Source of the DNA: Allofournierella sp.
Lineage (GTDB): Bacteria; Bacillota; Clostridia; Oscillospirales; Ruminococcaceae
Assembly (NCBI GenBank): GCA_020025635.1
Contig: JAHHRU010000003.1
Coordinates: 33,218 to 97,217 of the forward strand
Reading direction: 5' to 3'
DNA length: 64,000 nt
Within the stretch, counting starts at the first letter, position 1. The number at the start of each line of letters is the position of its first letter. Positions 62,671 through 64,000 of this stretch are shown in pieces. Under the pieces are notes generated by a model. That model saw only the letters and a list, made by a program, of their open reading frames with translations. It ran no database searches and was not told the origin of the DNA. Made by a program: the position numbers and the translations under genes.

Positions 62671-64000
62671 GTGAACAAGCAATTCATCCTCATCATGGCA
62701 GATACCGTCCGCACCGATATGCTGGGCTGCTATGGCAACAAGGCCATGAAGACCCCCAACATCGACAAGCTCTGTGAGGAAGGCATCCGCTATGACACCG
62801 CATACAGCTGCCAGCCGGTGTGCGGCCCTGCCCGCAGCGCCATCTTCACCGGTGTATTCCCCCACTCCAACGGCATGGTGGCGAATTCTCTGCCGCTGGG
62901 TGACAACGTGAAGACCATCGGCCAGCGGCTCACCGATAACGGCATCCACTGCGGTTATGTGGGCAAATGGCATCTGGACGGCGGCGACTACTTTGGAAAC
63001 GGCCGCTGCCCGGAAGGCTTTGACGAAAAATACTGGTACGATATGCGCTGCTATCTGGAGGAGCTTTCTGAGGAAGACCGGCTGCGCAGCCGCCAGAGCA
63101 AGACCGCTTTTGACGAAGACTGGACCGAGGACATGACCTATGCCCACCGCTGCAGCGACCGCGCCCTGCAGTTTTTGGCCGACAATAAAGACACCGACTT
63201 CTTCCTCACCGTCTCTTACGATGAGCCTCACGGCCCCTGCCTGTGCCCCGCGCCCTTCAACACCATGTACGACGGCGTGACGATGCCGGACAGCAAAAAC
63301 TATGCCGATGATCTGAGCCAGAAGCCCTTCATGCAGACCCTTTGGGCCGGCAGGGATGCTTCCGCCGATCCGGATGACCTGCACATTGCCAGCACCGGCC
63401 TGAGCCTGTTCCTGGGCTGCAACAGCTTCATGGACTATGAAATGGGCCGTGTGATGGAGGTGATCAACCGGGATTTCCCCGATGCCATCGTGGTGTTCAC
63501 CTCTGACCACGGCGATATGCTGGGCAACCACCGGGTGCAGATGAAGAACTCCTCCATGTACAAGGAGATCGCCAACATCCCCATGATCATCCGCGGCGGT
63601 GCAAAGGGCAAGGTGGTCACCGCCCCCGCTTCTCACATCGACCTGGTGCCCACCATCATGGATTACATGGGCCTGCCCATTCCCCGCATCCTGGAAGGCA
63701 AAAGCATGCTTCGGCAGATCTATGACCCGGAAGTTCGTGTGAACGATTATGTTCATACCGAGTTCACCCGCTATGAGGTGGACCATGACGGCTTCGGCGG
63801 CCTGCAAATGATGCGCGGCGTCACCGACGGCCGCTACAAGCTGGTGATCCACCTGTGCGACACCGACGAGTTCTACGATCTGGAAAAGGACCCTGATGAG
63901 GTGGAAAACCAGATCGACAGCGAAGCGTATGCCGCCGAGCGCAACCGCCTGCATGAGGCCCTTTTGGATCACATGAACGCCACCCGGGATGTATACCGGG
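62671..64000 (+). CDS. Cys-type sulfatase (arylsulfatase/formylglycine family), no signal peptide, 3'-truncated by the window end
   Basis: My own translation from the GTG at 62671 (AAAGGAGG 9 nt upstream) is open to position 64000. VNKQFILIMADTVRTDMLGCYGN...PVCGPARSAIFTG contains the C-x-P-x-R motif. Later blocks are GKWHLDG and FTSDHGDMLGNH. This ORF is not in the supplied track. Confidence 0.85.
   Translation, partial: MNKQFILIMADTVRTDMLGCYGNKAMKTPNIDKLCEEGIRYDTAYSCQPVCGPARSAIFTGVFPHSNGMVANSLPLGDNVKTIGQRLTDNGIHCGYVGKWHLDGGDYFGNGRCPEGFDEKYWYDMRCYLEELSEEDRLRSRQSKTAFDEDWTEDMTYAHRCSDRALQFLADNKDTDFFLTVSYDEPHGPCLCPAPFNTMYDGVTMPDSKNYADDLSQKPFMQTLWAGRDASADPDDLHIASTGLSLFLGCNSFMDYEMGRVMEVINRDFPDAIVVFTSDHGDMLGNHRVQMKNSSMYKEIANIPMIIRGGAKGKVVTAPASHIDLVPTIMDYMGLPIPRILEGKSMLRQIYDPEVRVNDYVHTEFTRYEVDHDGFGGLQMMRGVTDGRYKLVIHLCDTDEFYDLEKDPDEVENQIDSEAYAAERNRLHEALLDHMNATRDVYR

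Noticed and set aside
62662-63972. 436-aa minus-strand ORF, the only ORF listed for this region
   Set aside because: It is the antisense shadow of the plus-strand sulfatase gene (C-x-P-x-R motif and good RBS at 62654..62661). There is no recognisable motif or plausible RBS on the minus strand.
1-64000. Search for CRISPR arrays, tRNA/rRNA genes, IS elements, integrases, toxin-antitoxin or known defence-system genes
   Set aside because: I saw no regularly spaced direct repeats, no cloverleaf-like or rRNA-like segments, and no transposase, integrase, recombinase, nuclease or helicase signatures in any frame. The only repeats noted are short regulatory dyads and the protein-level paralogies described in the findings.

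Overview
The window looks like chromosomal DNA from a high-G+C Firmicute. Gene content (IspH-S1 fusion, PlsY, YitT, TIGR01440, BlaI/BlaR1-like pair) suggests Clostridia, possibly Oscillospiraceae/Faecalibacterium-like; that assignment is only a guess. It is densely coding. I saw no rRNA, tRNA, CRISPR array, transposase or phage genes.

Layout:
- (i) 1-4.4 kb: housekeeping genes on the minus strand (ispH-S1 fusion, plsC, cmk, a flavoprotein).
- (ii) 4.4-10.7 kb: a minus-strand envelope-glycosylation operon. It has a GT-C-like membrane protein, two GT2 enzymes, an FAD oxidoreductase, a TIM-barrel isomerase and an SDR epimerase.
- (iii) 10.9-14.0 kb: M23 peptidase, psuG and a ThrE-type exporter pair.
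- (iv) 14.0-36.8 kb: a large nonulosonic-acid surface-glycan locus of legionaminic-acid type, built as two divergent operons around consensus promoters at ~30.3 kb. The minus-strand operon carries LegB-like, LegC-like, PtmE-like, NeuB, NeuC and NeuA homologues plus two paralogous Gfo/Idh/MocA oxidoreductases. It is interrupted by five integral-membrane genes, including a tandemly duplicated two-gene module, and by a SUFU-like gene. The plus-strand operon carries an MBOAT, a DltD/SGNH-like partner, a GT-B-like protein, a Wzx-like flippase and a PseA/WbuX-type amidotransferase.
- (v) 37-42.6 kb: lipid and housekeeping genes (GT28 glycolipid synthase, plsY, TIGR01440, yggS, YitT, MATE).
- (vi) 42.7-44.8 kb: a BlaI-like repressor with a BlaR1(M56)-M23 fusion sensor and paired operator dyads.
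- (vii) 45-55.5 kb: pepF-type M3 peptidase, then an atypical Opp/Dpp-type ABC importer. Its binding protein is oversized, its OppC-like permease carries a ~325-aa RCC1-repeat insertion, and its OppF-like ATPase carries a ~180-aa coiled-coil insertion.
- (viii) 55.6-64 kb: a visibly lower-G+C block with a SIS protein, a ROK regulator, a NitT/TauT-type ABC system (two permeases, two ATPases, one degenerate site) and a cytoplasmic Cys-type sulfatase. The sulfatase runs off the window end and is missing from the supplied ORF track.

Many long ORFs in the track are antisense artefacts of the high G+C content and were rejected.
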